Shown: positions 29,829-39,158, counted from the first letter of the stretch. The stretch: DNA of 64,000 nt from an uncultured Actinomycetes bacterium (GCA_963721435.1 CAVRJC010000012.1:215488-279487); one strand, 5' to 3'. The notes: generated by a model from the letters alone, not told the origin. Made by a program: numbers and translations.

Positions 29829-30690
29829 CTAGAGCGCGCGCGCCGGCTCGACGATCTCGGTCGCGTGCCGATCGAGGGTCGCGCCCATGTGCTCGGCGTC
29901 GAACGCGCCGAGCAGGATCACCTGATCGGCACCCGCGTCGCGGTACCGCTGCACACCGTCGATGTCGACCGCACGCACGAACGGGCACACGCTCACGGTG
30001 AGCTCCGCGAAGTCGCGGCCGTGATCGCGCATGACAACCTCGAGCGCACGGGCGCGTTCGCGCGAACTCCTCCGCGTCCAGGTTGAATGCGTACCACCCC
30101 TGCCCGTATCGCGCGACCCTCCGGAGCGCGGCGTCGCTGTGGCCGCCGACGTGGATCGGCGGGTGCGGTTGCTGCACCGGCTTCGGGAACGCGCGCGACG
30201 GTGCGAGGTCGTATCCACGGTCGTGGTACTCGGACACGTCGTCGACCCACAGCGTCCGCATGATCTCGAGGTTGCGGTCGGCGAGCCGGCCGCGATCCTC
30301 CCGGCGGAGCTGGAGCGCCTCGAACTCTTCGCGGATCCACCCGACGCCGACGCCGAGGTCGAGCCGACCCCCCGACAGGTAGTCGACCGTCGCCGCCTCC
30401 TTCGCCGCGAACAGAGGCTGGCGCTGGGAGATGAGCGTCACCCCGGTGCCGAGCCGGAGCGTCGTCGTGCTCGCGGCCAGGAAGCCGAGGGTGACGAACG
30501 GGTCGAGCACGCCGGAACGCCCACCGAGCACCGGCGGGCGCCCGCTCGACGCCTCACGGTCGAAGGCGATGACGTGCTCCGGCACCCACACCGAGTGGAA
30601 GCCCCGCTCCTCGGCCGCCGCGCCGAGCGCGCGCAGCGACTCGGGCGTGGTGCCCGGTGTCGACGACGGCGCGAAGAGCCCCACCTGCAC
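29829..30690 (-). CDS. LLM-class F420-dependent oxidoreductase, apparent +1 frameshift near 30058-30064
   Basis: GTG 30690 (VQVGLFAP..). LSGGRLDLGVGVGWIREEFEAL..PPIHVGGHS..WYAFNLDAEEFA is in one frame. ERARALEVVMRDHGRDFAELTVSV..IVEPARAL* is in the next. Confidence 0.75.
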
Positions 30691-30735
30691 GGCCGGACTG
30701 TATCCGCAGCCCGAATCGGCGTAGCTTCCGAGGCC

Positions 30736-31587
30736 GTGAGCGACACCCGCGTCGTCGGTCTGCTGCACCCGGGGGCCATGGGCGCGTCGGTCGGTGCCGC
30801 GTTGCGACGGGCCGGGATCGACGTGCGCTACGCGAGCGAGGGCCGGAGCGACGCGTCGCGGTTGCGCGCGACCGAGGCCGATCTCCAAGATGCCCAGGAC
30901 GTCGCCACGCTGGCGCGCGACGCCGATGTCATCGTGTCGCTCTGCCCGCCGGGTGCCGCGCGCGACGTGGCGCGGGTCGTTGCCGACGCGCAGTTCGCCG
31001 GCGTGTACGTCGACGCGAACGCGATCGCGCCATCAACCGCACGCGACGTCGCGGCGATCGTCGAGCAGCGGGGCGCGACCTATGTCGACGGCAGTGTGAT
31101 CGGCGCGCCGGTGCAAACAGGCGGGTGGACTCGCCTCTACCTGTCGGGCGACGCCGCCGATTCGATCGCCGCGCTCTTCGCGCCCGAAGACCCGACGGTC
31201 GTGGCCCTGGGCAACGACCCGACCGCGGCGTCGACGTTGAAGATGTGCAACGCAGCATGGACGAAGGCCACGAGCGCCGCGCTGCTCACCATCTGGGGCA
31301 CCGCGCACGCGGCCGGGGTGTGGGATGCGCTCCAGGACGAATGGGGCCGCGGGCATGCCGACCTCCTCACCCGCATCGAGCAGATCACGCAGAGCACGCC
31401 GGCGCGTGCGTGGCGCTTCGCCGGCGAGATGGAGGAGATCGCGCGCACGTTCGAGGACGCGCAGCTCCCCGGCGGCTTCGGCACCGCCGCGGCCGCGGTC
31501 TACGAACGGCTCGCCGGATTCAAGGGCGACCGCGACCCTGACCCGGCCGCGGTGCTGAGAGCACTCCTCGAACCACCGGCGCGCTGA
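30736..31587 (+). CDS. NAD(P)-binding 6-phosphogluconate-dehydrogenase-like oxidoreductase
   Basis: GTG 30736. Rossmann start VVGLLHPGAMGASVGAAL. LKMCNAAWTK. Confidence 0.68.
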   Translation: MSDTRVVGLLHPGAMGASVGAALRRAGIDVRYASEGRSDASRLRATEADLQDAQDVATLARDADVIVSLCPPGAARDVARVVADAQFAGVYVDANAIAPSTARDVAAIVEQRGATYVDGSVIGAPVQTGGWTRLYLSGDAADSIAALFAPEDPTVVALGNDPTAASTLKMCNAAWTKATSAALLTIWGTAHAAGVWDALQDEWGRGHADLLTRIEQITQSTPARAWRFAGEMEEIARTFEDAQLPGGFGTAAAAVYERLAGFKGDRDPDPAAVLRALLEPPAR

Positions 31588-31602
31588 CCGCCAGGATCAG
31601 GG

Positions 31603-32001
31603 TCACTCCGGTCGCGGGAAGTTGCGCATCTCCCAAGTCTGCGCGCGCCAGCCGTCGGGCGTGCGCACGTGCTCCACCGTGTAGAGACCGGTACCGCTCG
31701 CCATGTAGCTGCGCGAGCGGGCGCGGTCGCCGTCGATCTCGACGAGATGGTTGGTCATCGCGTGACGGGGTGCCGGCTCACCGAGGTTCCCGAGCACGGA
31801 GTCGAGCCACCCGATGATCTCGTCGACACCCGACAGGTGCACGTCGTCGAGGCCGAGCGGTGACAACACGTAGACGGCCTGCGCGTCGGGAGTGAACACG
31901 TCGCGCAGCTGCTCGGTGTTGCGGAAGTCGACGGCGTAGCAGTACCGCGACATCACGTCGACGATCTCCGCCTTGTCGGCCATGGTGTCGAGACGGTCCA
32001 T
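31603..32001 (-). CDS. SnoaL-like / NTF2-fold protein
   Basis: 132 aa. DKAEIVDVMSRYCYAVDFRNTEQLRDVFTPDA is a typical N-terminus of this fold. Confidence 0.72.
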   Translation of the reverse strand: MDRLDTMADKAEIVDVMSRYCYAVDFRNTEQLRDVFTPDAQAVYVLSPLGLDDVHLSGVDEIIGWLDSVLGNLGEPAPRHAMTNHLVEIDGDRARSRSYMASGTGLYTVEHVRTPDGWRAQTWEMRNFPRPE

Positions 32002-32021
32002 TGTGCTCCTCCTTGTGCGAC

Positions 32022-32961
32022 TCAGAGCTGCCCGTGCAGCGATCCGAGGAACTCGAGCGTCCGGCGGCGCGCGGCCGACGGATGATCACCGAGCCCGATC
32101 GGCGCCGCGGCGATGTCGGTCGCGCCCGCGTCCGCGTACCCACGCAGCCGCGACAGCACGTCAGTCTCGGTCCCGACGATCGCTATCTCGCGCGGCGTGA
32201 CGCCTTCACCGCCGCGCGCCATGATCCGTTGGTACGTGGAGATCGAGTTGTACGCGTCGAACAACGTTGCCGCTTCCGCCCGTCCCGCGTCGACGTCGTC
32301 GACCACGGCAATCGGAATCCCGACGATCACGCGAGGCGCGGCACGGCCCGCCTGCTCGGCGGCGCGCGTGATGCGGGGCACGATGTGCTTCGCGACGGCT
32401 CGCTCGTTCGCCCAGTACGTGATGGTGCCGTCGGCGACCTCACCGGCGACCCGCAGCATCAGTGGTGCGAGCGCCGCGATCAGGATCGGCGCAGCCGACG
32501 CGCCGGGAACGTCGAGCATCGCGTTCACACGGAAGTGCTCGCCCTCGTACGCGACATGTCCGGTGCACGCGAACGCGGCGCGCAGCACCTCGACGTACTC
32601 GCGCGTGTGCTGCGCGGGCGCTGCGTACTCCATGCCGAACATCGTCTCGATCACCACGGGATGCGAGGGACCGATGCCGAGCGCCAGGCGACCCCCGCTG
32701 GCGGCCTGCGCCGACAAGCGCCTGCTGCGCCATCGCGAGCGGGTGGCGCGTGTACGTGGGCATCACCGCAGTGCCCAGTTCGAGCGTGCCGGTGACCGTG
32801 GCGGCGAGGGTGAGCGCGGCCAGGCCGTCGAGGCTCCAGGGAATGTGCGGCACCCAACCGGTCGCGAACCCGAGCTCCTCGGCCTGCCGTGCATTCGCGA
32901 GGAGATCGCCGACACTCGTGCGGTCGGCGGTCACCTCGCTGATGAAGACGCCCAGCTGCAC
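32022..32961 (-). CDS. LLM-class F420-dependent oxidoreductase, apparent +1 frameshift near 32713-32718
   Basis: GTG 32961 (VQLGVFIS..HPLAMAQQAL). It continues in the next frame as SAQAASGGRLALGIGPSHPVVIE..LGSLHGQL* (track ORFs 32440..32961 and 32022..32717). Confidence 0.78.
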
Positions 32962-32984
32962 GGCGGCAGCTTCGCACGTCCTGG

Positions 32985-33677
32985 TCAGTCGTCGCTGGAG
33001 TGGCCGCTCGAGCCGTGACCCGAGCTGCTACTGCCGTGCCCGGAGTTGCCATCGTCGACGTTGCCGGGTCCGGAGTTGTCGTCCGTGCTGCGGTCGTCGC
33101 TCACGTTCCCGGGACCGGAGTTGTGGTCACGGCTGTCGTCCGACGCGACCTGATCTGCCGTGCTCGCACGCACCCGAACGCGGACGCCACCGCCCTCGAG
33201 CTCGGCGTTGAAGTCGATACGCGTCGTGCCGTTGACGAACTTCACCTCGACCTCGACGCCGGTTCCCTGCTGGACCTCGGACGCCCATCCCGCGTTCGCG
33301 TTCACCGACACGACCGAGAGCGTGCCACTCGTGCGACCGATGGTCACCGAGCCCGCGTCTCCGGCTGCAAACATCGACGTCCCGCCGTCGGGGACGGTCA
33401 CGGTGCTCTGGTCCTGGCTCGGGGCTTGCGCCGGAAGCGCCGCGTCGACGCTCTTGTCGTCATTGACGTCGTTGGTGTCCGGAAGCGTCGTGGTCGTCGT
33501 GCTCGCGTCGACAGCACCGCGCTCCGCGACATCACGTGTGGTGTCGAAGCCGGAGTCGTTCGATTCGAAGGCGCCGCTGGCAAACGCCGTCGACGCGCCG
33601 GCGAGGATCAGGACCAGCACGGCGAGCGGGACGAAGATGCGCAGTCGGCTGACGAAACGGGGGGATCGGTCGTTCAT
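32985..33677 (-). CDS. secreted protein of unknown function with Gly/Ser/Asp/His-rich repetitive tail
   Basis: Signal peptide RLRIFVPLAVLVLILAGASTAFA. The central domain is similar to the C-terminal domain of the adjacent anti-sigma candidate. Tail repeats NSGPGNV x2 and SGHGSS x2. Confidence 0.65.
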   Translation of the reverse strand: MNDRSPRFVSRLRIFVPLAVLVLILAGASTAFASGAFESNDSGFDTTRDVAERGAVDASTTTTTLPDTNDVNDDKSVDAALPAQAPSQDQSTVTVPDGGTSMFAAGDAGSVTIGRTSGTLSVVSVNANAGWASEVQQGTGVEVEVKFVNGTTRIDFNAELEGGGVRVRVRASTADQVASDDSRDHNSGPGNVSDDRSTDDNSGPGNVDDGNSGHGSSSSGHGSSGHSSDD

Positions 33678-33737
33678 CGGAGGTCTCCTTGGTTGCGTGC
33701 ACAGGACACGCAGGAGCGCCCGGGAAGGTTTGGCCGA

Positions 33738-34379
33738 TCAGTGCTGCGTGGTCTCCTCCACGGGCTGGCCGTTCACGAGATCGACGCGGATCCGCCACTC
33801 GCCCTTGTCGTTCGTGAAGCGCACCTCGACGCGATCGGGCCCGGTGTCGTGCCGCTCCTCCGAGTACCCGGCCGCAGCCTGGGTCGAGACGATCGACAGC
33901 GCGCCGTTCTCGAGCTTGACCGTCACGGTGCCACCGGTCGACGAGTACGTGTGCGTCGTGGGCGCGACGGGAGCCGTCGACGTCGCGGTGACCGATCCCG
34001 ACGTCCCGGTACCAGCCCTGTCGCTCTCGCCGGTCCCGGGTGCGGTCGTGGTTTGCGGGGGTGTCGTGGGCACCACGCCCGGCGCCGACGTCGTGCTCGT
34101 AGCAGCGTTCGGCGCCGACGAGTCGGCCGCAGGCAGCCGGACGTGCTGAGGATCCGATCCTCCGGTCGCGAGCACGGCGGTCCCGAGCCCGATGATCGCG
34201 ACCACGGCGACGGCCGTTCCTCCCGCCAGCACGAATTGGCGGCGGCGCTTGGCGCGCTGGTAGCGCGGGCGCAGCGCGCCGAGCGTCGCGTCGGGATCGC
34301 CCGGACGCGGTCCCGCGGCCCCAAGGCGACGACGCAGCTCGTCGTCGATGGGCTCGAACCCGAGCGAGTCGTCGCTCAT
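33738..34379 (-). CDS. putative anti-sigma factor (single-pass membrane protein)
   Basis: ATG 34379 overlaps the sigma-factor stop (ATGA). One TM (FVLAGGTAVAVVAIIGLGTAVLA), a Thr/Pro/Ala-rich linker, and an extracytoplasmic domain. Confidence 0.6.
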   Translation of the reverse strand: MSDDSLGFEPIDDELRRRLGAAGPRPGDPDATLGALRPRYQRAKRRRQFVLAGGTAVAVVAIIGLGTAVLATGGSDPQHVRLPAADSSAPNAATSTTSAPGVVPTTPPQTTTAPGTGESDRAGTGTSGSVTATSTAPVAPTTHTYSSTGGTVTVKLENGALSIVSTQAAAGYSEERHDTGPDRVEVRFTNDKGEWRIRVDLVNGQPVEETTQH

Positions 34380-34885
34380 GGTGTTCCCACCCGTTGCGCG
34401 AGCGCGGCGCGCGCCGCGTGGAGGTGATACTTGACCGCGCCCTCCGAGAGCTTCATCGACGTCGCAACTTCACGCACGCTCAGGCCTTCCACGTAGAACA
34501 ATGCCGCCGCGATCCGTTGTTGCTGCGGAAGCTGCGCCAGGAGCGCGTCGACATCACCCCGGATCTCGGGAGGCGGCACCACGGTGTCGGCGACAGTCGC
34601 GAGACGGGCGATGGCCTTGCGTTTGCGGGTGTCGCGGCGGTGATGGTCGCGGATGCGGTTCAGCGCGACATGCCGGATCCACCCGGCGGGATCGTCGTAA
34701 CGCGCGATCCGCCGCCAGCGCACGAACGCGCGCTCGAACGCGTCCTGCACTGCGTCTTCGGCGACCGTTCGGTCACCGCACGCCACTGCGAGGGATCGGA
34801 CCATGGGCCAGTAGCTCTCGCGAAAGGTCTCGTCGAAGTCGGCCGAGTCGGTCGCTCCGGGGTCATCGGGCTGCATGCTCTCCAC
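34376..34885 (-). CDS. ECF-type RNA polymerase sigma-70 factor
   Basis: Region 2 DAVQDAFERAFVRW..GWIRHVALNRIRDHHRR. Region 4 LSVREVATSMKLSEGAVKYHLHAARAAL. Start is GTG 34885 or ATG 34876. Confidence 0.9.
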   Translation of the reverse strand: MESMQPDDPGATDSADFDETFRESYWPMVRSLAVACGDRTVAEDAVQDAFERAFVRWRRIARYDDPAGWIRHVALNRIRDHHRRDTRKRKAIARLATVADTVVPPPEIRGDVDALLAQLPQQQRIAAALFYVEGLSVREVATSMKLSEGAVKYHLHAARAALAQRVGTP

Positions 34886-34940
34886 TCACACGACATACGA
34901 GCCGTCGAGGTTTGGTGGATGGCGGGACTCGGCGGAACTT

Positions 34941-34974
34941 CCGGAACCCCACGCGCCGGTTCGCGCCCTTCCGG
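34941..34974 (-). terminator. hairpin CCGGAA..TTCCGG immediately after the DUF202 gene stop
   Basis: 6-bp outer arms plus an inner CGCG/CGCG pairing. No U-tract. Confidence 0.22.
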
Positions 34975-34975
34975 G

Positions 34976-35347
34976 TCAGTTGCCGATCGCGAGTTCGATC
35001 GCGACGACGGTGAAGCCGGCGACCGCGAACAGCCCGATCCCGAGCGGCAGCAACGTCGCGAGGAGGGGCGCCGGCATGGGCTCGCCGAGCCGCATCGCCC
35101 GCTGGGTCCGCAGGAATCGGTGCCGCCCGCCGATCGCGACCGCCGCGCCGAGGGCGATGGCAGGGAAGCCGAGCACCGCGACCCAAACGGGCAGATTCGC
35201 GACCGAGTGGCTTCCGGCAATCGCGAGCCCGGCGACGATGAGGCCGAGCGCCGTACGGCTGTAGGCGAGCAGCGTGCGCTCGTTCGCGAGCGACCATCGC
35301 GGATCCGGCTCTTCGCCATCGACCGGCCACCACCCCGACAGGCGCAT
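34976..35347 (-). CDS. DUF202 (YidH-like) small membrane protein
   Basis: ATG 35347. ANERTLLAYSRTALGL motif followed by three hydrophobic segments. Confidence 0.72.
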   Translation of the reverse strand: MRLSGWWPVDGEEPDPRWSLANERTLLAYSRTALGLIVAGLAIAGSHSVANLPVWVAVLGFPAIALGAAVAIGGRHRFLRTQRAMRLGEPMPAPLLATLLPLGIGLFAVAGFTVVAIELAIGN

Positions 35348-35455
35348 GGCAGCATCTTGCCCCATGGGCACGCAGCGCCGAATAGCGACGGTTCGCCACG
35401 CGTGGCATGCTCCATGACCGCGAATCACATCTGTCTTGAGCAAAGGACGCGCATC

Positions 35456-35887
35456 GTGGCAGAACTCGGACCGGTCGAAATCCTCCTCGTGGAGTTCCCC
35501 GGCAATCAATTCACGGGCGAGATCATTCCGGCCCTCCAGGCGGTCGTCGATTCGGGCACGATCCGCATCATCGACCTCGTGTTCGTCGCCAAGGACGCCG
35601 ACGGCAACGCGGTCGGGATCGAGATCGAGGAGCTCGAGGACCAGTCACGTGAGAACTACAACGCGCTGGTTGCCGAGCTCGAGGGGCTGATCTCCGAAGA
35701 TGACATCGACGACCTTGCCTCGGCGCTGGAGCCGAACTCCTCGGCCGCCATCCTCTTGTTCGAGCACACATGGGCAATCCCGTTCCGGGACGCGCTCGTC
35801 AACTCCGGCGGCGAGCTCCTTGCCCGCTTCCCCATCCCGCCCGAAGCGATGGACGAGGTCATCGAGTCCAACCGCGCGGCCAGCTGA
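35456..35887 (+). CDS. conserved acidic hypothetical protein (family often found next to SHOCT proteins)
   Basis: GTG 35456 with AAGGA upstream (alternative ATG 35414). LGPVEILLVEFPGNQFTGEIIPALQAVVDSGTIRIIDLVFVAKDADG. Confidence 0.6.
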   Translation: MAELGPVEILLVEFPGNQFTGEIIPALQAVVDSGTIRIIDLVFVAKDADGNAVGIEIEELEDQSRENYNALVAELEGLISEDDIDDLASALEPNSSAAILLFEHTWAIPFRDALVNSGGELLARFPIPPEAMDEVIESNRAAS

Positions 35888-35914
35888 CACCCCAACACAT
35901 CGAGGAGCACTGAC

Positions 35915-36208
35915 ATGGGTTTGATGCGACGAGGACGACCGATCATGAGGACCGCGGCGGTCGTGGGCACCGCGTCTGCCGTGAGTGGCAGGGTCCAGCA
36001 CCACCAGCAGGAGAAGTACGCGGCCCAGGACCAGGCGCAGTACGACGAGCAGGTGGCCGCGCAGCAGGCTGCCGCGCCGCCTCCCGCGGCCGCACCGGCC
36101 GAGCCCGACATGAACGCCGAGCTCACGCAGCTTGCGCAGCTCCATGCGCAGGGCATCCTGACCGACGAGGAGTTCTCCGCGAAGAAGGCGCAGATCCTCG
36201 GGATCTAG
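35915..36208 (+). CDS. SHOCT-domain protein
   Basis: GAGGAG before ATG 35915. C-terminal LAQLHAQGILTDEEFSAKKAQILG. Confidence 0.75.
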   Translation: MGLMRRGRPIMRTAAVVGTASAVSGRVQHHQQEKYAAQDQAQYDEQVAAQQAAAPPPAAAPAEPDMNAELTQLAQLHAQGILTDEEFSAKKAQILGI

Positions 36209-36229
36209 GCCCGTCGGCATCATCCGCTC

Positions 36230-37870
36230 ATGACAGCGACCACGGGAGCGACCGAGAGCGGCGCGGGCGCGGCAGCCAAGGCTGTCCTCATCACGCTGGC
36301 GGCAGCCCAGTTCGTGATGATCCTCGACGCGTCGGTGATGAACGTGTCGATCGCGACCGTGGCGAGCGACCTCGGCACCACCGTCACCGGGATCCAGACC
36401 GCGATCACGATGTACACGTTGGTGATGGCCGCGCTCATGATCACCGGCGGGAAGATGGGCGCGATCCTCGGCCGGAAGCGCGCCTTCTCGATCGGGTGTG
36501 TGATCTACGCGTGCGGCTCGTTGACCACCGCGTTGTCACCGAACCTCGCGGTGTTGATGTTCGGATGGTCGTTCCTCGAAGGAGTCGGCGCGGCGCTGGT
36601 GATGCCGGCGATCGTCGCGTTGGTGGCGTCGAACTTCGGCAAGCCCGACCGGCCGCGGGCCTACGGCATCGTGATGGCGGGCGGCGCGATCGCGGTGGCC
36701 ATCGGCCCGCTGATCGGAGGCGTGTTCACCACCTACTGGTCGTGGCGGTACGTGTTCGTCGGCGAGGTGCTCATCATCGGCGTGGTCCTCCTGCTCAACC
36801 GGCGGACGGCGGACACGCCGAAGGAGGAGGGTGCCCGTCTGGATCTCGTGGGCACCGCGCTGTCGGGGCTCGGGTTGGGCCTGATCGTCTACGGGATCTT
36901 GCGCTCGGGCACGTGGGGGCTCATCAAGCCGAAGCCGGACGCGCCCACGTGGCTGGGCCTGTCGCCGGTGATATGGCTGATCCTCGGCGGCGGTGTGGTG
37001 CTGCTCGGATTCCTGCTGTGGGAGAAGCACCGCCGCGACACCGGCCAAGCGGCGTTGCTCGACCCTGCGATCCTCAGGGTCCGGCTGCTGCGCAGCGGGC
37101 TCACCGCGTTCTTCTTCCAGTACCTGCTCCAGGCCGGGCTGTTCTTCGCGGTCCCGTTGTTCCTCTCGATCGCGCTCGGGCTCTCGGCGATCGAGACCGG
37201 CGTGCGCATCCTCCCGCTGTCGATCACACTGATCATCGCCGCGGTCGGGATCCCCAAGGTGCTCCCGCAGGCGTCGCCGCGGCGGGTCTGCCAGTTCGGG
37301 TTCCTCGCGCTCTTCCTCGGTCTCGTCGTGTTCGTCGCCGCGCTCGACGCAGGAGCGGGTGCCGAGATCGTCACCTGGCCGATGCTCCTCGCCGGTGCCG
37401 GTATCGGCGCGCTCGCATCGCAGCTCGGTGCCGTGACTGTCTCTGCGCTCCCCGACGAGCAGAGCGGCGAAGTCGGCGGGCTCCAGAACACCTTCTCCAA
37501 CCTCGGTCTCTCCCTCGGCACCGCGCTCGCGGGCGCGGTGCTGATCTCCGCGCTCACGGCGTCGTTCTTTGCCGGCATCCAGAGCAACCCCGATGTACCC
37601 GACGACCTCTCGTCCAAAGCGCAGACCGAGCTCACGAGCGGGGTGCCGTTCATCTCCGATGCCGATCTCGAACAGGCGCTCGACGACGCGGGCGTCTCCC
37701 AGAAGACCACCGACGCGGTGGTCGCCGAGAATGCCGACGCCCGCCTCGACGGCCTCCGCGCCTCGCTGTCGGTCCTCGCCGTGCTCGCCCTTGTCGCATT
37801 GTTCCTGAGCGGCAGCATCCCCACGACTCCGGTCGGCGCCGAACCGGCCGAAGAGTCAGCCGTCACCTAG
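36230..37870 (+). CDS. MFS transporter, DHA2 (14-TMS, EmrB/QacA-like) type
   Basis: FVMILDASVMNVSIATVASDLG and GGKMGAILGRKRAF motifs. About 14 hydrophobic segments. CATCAT-N6-ATG start. Confidence 0.9.
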   Translation: MTATTGATESGAGAAAKAVLITLAAAQFVMILDASVMNVSIATVASDLGTTVTGIQTAITMYTLVMAALMITGGKMGAILGRKRAFSIGCVIYACGSLTTALSPNLAVLMFGWSFLEGVGAALVMPAIVALVASNFGKPDRPRAYGIVMAGGAIAVAIGPLIGGVFTTYWSWRYVFVGEVLIIGVVLLLNRRTADTPKEEGARLDLVGTALSGLGLGLIVYGILRSGTWGLIKPKPDAPTWLGLSPVIWLILGGGVVLLGFLLWEKHRRDTGQAALLDPAILRVRLLRSGLTAFFFQYLLQAGLFFAVPLFLSIALGLSAIETGVRILPLSITLIIAAVGIPKVLPQASPRRVCQFGFLALFLGLVVFVAALDAGAGAEIVTWPMLLAGAGIGALASQLGAVTVSALPDEQSGEVGGLQNTFSNLGLSLGTALAGAVLISALTASFFAGIQSNPDVPDDLSSKAQTELTSGVPFISDADLEQALDDAGVSQKTTDAVVAENADARLDGLRASLSVLAVLALVALFLSGSIPTTPVGAEPAEESAVT

Positions 37871-38826
37871 TCGCGGCGGGCGCGGGCGCGCCGCTTACCC
37901 TCGTGCATGGCCTGCACCCGCGCGACGGGAATGGCGCGGCCCTCCTCGATGAGCGCGTCGCTCAATCGCTGCGGCGCCGCCATCTTTGCGGCCCATTCGT
38001 CGACGCCGTCGAGCTGACGCAACGCGGTGTGCACGGTGAAGTCGCCTGGCGCGACCTGGTCGAGATCGCCCCAAGCCACCGGGAACGACACCGGCACTCC
38101 TGGTCGCACGCGCGGGCTGTAAGCCGCGATCACGGTCGCTCCGCCGACGCGCGTCGAGTCGACGAACACCTTGCCGCCGCGGTCCTCCTTGATGAATGCG
38201 GTCGTCGCGAGGTCGGGATCGAGCCGTTCGACGCGCGCCGCGACCGCGCGCGTTGCGGCGGCCGCGTCGTCGAGTGGTGCCTGAGCGTCGATCGGGACGA
38301 ACACGTGTAGCCCCTTCGCCCCGCTGGTCTTGACCACGCCCTCCAGACCGACATCGGCCAGCGCCTGGCGCACGAGGTGCGCGACCCGCACCGCCATCGC
38401 GAACGCGTCGGCATCGGGCGGGTCGAGGTCGAGCACGAGATGCGTCATGCGGTCGGGACGATCGACGCGCACGAGCGCGGGGTGATACTCGACCGCGCGC
38501 TGGTTCGCGAACCACAACAGCGTCCGGCGGTCGTTGCAGAGCGCGTACGACACTTCCCGTTTCGATGTCTCCGCCCAGAAGCGAACCGTGTGCACCCACG
38601 ACGGCGTGTGCTTCGGCACGTTCTTCTGCATGAAGGCTTCCTGCCCACGATGGACCCGGATCACCGAGAGCGGCCGATCCTCCAGCTCGGGGATGATCCG
38701 ATCGCGCACCCCGTCCAGGTAGTCGACCAGGTCGCGCTTGGTCGCGCCGGCGCCGTCGAACAGCGGTTGGTCGAGATTGGTCAGCTTGACGCCATCCCGC
38801 GATTCACCGCGGCGCTCCTCGCTCAT
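37867..38826 (-). CDS. stand-alone LigD polymerase/primase (PolDom) domain protein (NHEJ)
   Basis: ATG 38826. LTNLDQPLF, KRDLVDYL, HLVLDLDP, VKTSGAKGLHVFVPI, GKVFVDSTR. No ligase or nuclease domain in the ORF. Confidence 0.88.
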   Translation of the reverse strand: MSEERRGESRDGVKLTNLDQPLFDGAGATKRDLVDYLDGVRDRIIPELEDRPLSVIRVHRGQEAFMQKNVPKHTPSWVHTVRFWAETSKREVSYALCNDRRTLLWFANQRAVEYHPALVRVDRPDRMTHLVLDLDPPDADAFAMAVRVAHLVRQALADVGLEGVVKTSGAKGLHVFVPIDAQAPLDDAAAATRAVAARVERLDPDLATTAFIKEDRGGKVFVDSTRVGGATVIAAYSPRVRPGVPVSFPVAWGDLDQVAPGDFTVHTALRQLDGVDEWAAKMAAPQRLSDALIEEGRAIPVARVQAMHEGKRRARARRD

Positions 38827-38837
38827 CGCGAACGACG

Positions 38838-39158
38838 CTAGCGATCGGGCCCGTCCGCCCCGGCGACGCGTGCGCGGACCCACGCGAGGCTGTTGGGCTT
38901 CTGCATCTCGTCGCGCCATCCGGTGAGCAAGGAATCGATGGCAGCTCGATCGCGGACCACGGCCAAGATCTCGACCGTCACCGATTCGGCAGAGATCTCG
39001 TGCCGGCTGTACGGCTCGGCCATCGCGTAGACCTCACCGGTGTCGGCGATCCACGAGATCTCGAATTGCAGGTCGTTCTCGGACCACTCCCGACCGAACT
39101 CGATCTCCTCCGAAGCTCGCCGGCTCGGGTTCTGGTCGTAGAACTCGTCGATGTCCAC
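38838..39158 (-). CDS. hypothetical protein (106 aa), co-oriented 11 nt upstream of the PolDom gene
   Basis: Intact ORF with strong third-position G/C bias. MDIDEFYDQNPSRRASEEIEFGREW.. Confidence 0.6.
   Translation of the reverse strand: MDIDEFYDQNPSRRASEEIEFGREWSENDLQFEISWIADTGEVYAMAEPYSRHEISAESVTVEILAVVRDRAAIDSLLTGWRDEMQKPNSLAWVRARVAGADGPDR

Noticed and set aside
32990-33130. Short DNA repeats (ccggagttgt.. units) that could suggest a repeat array
   Set aside because: They are in frame inside the secreted-protein gene and encode the NSGPGNV/SGHGSS low-complexity tail. There is no spacer/repeat organisation, so this is not a CRISPR.
34886-34975. ECF-type autoregulated promoter (GGAAC..CGT) upstream of the sigma factor gene
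   Set aside because: GGAAC/GGAAG-like pentamers are present, but no -35/-10 pair has acceptable 16-18 nt spacing. The region is better explained as a hairpin after the DUF202 gene.
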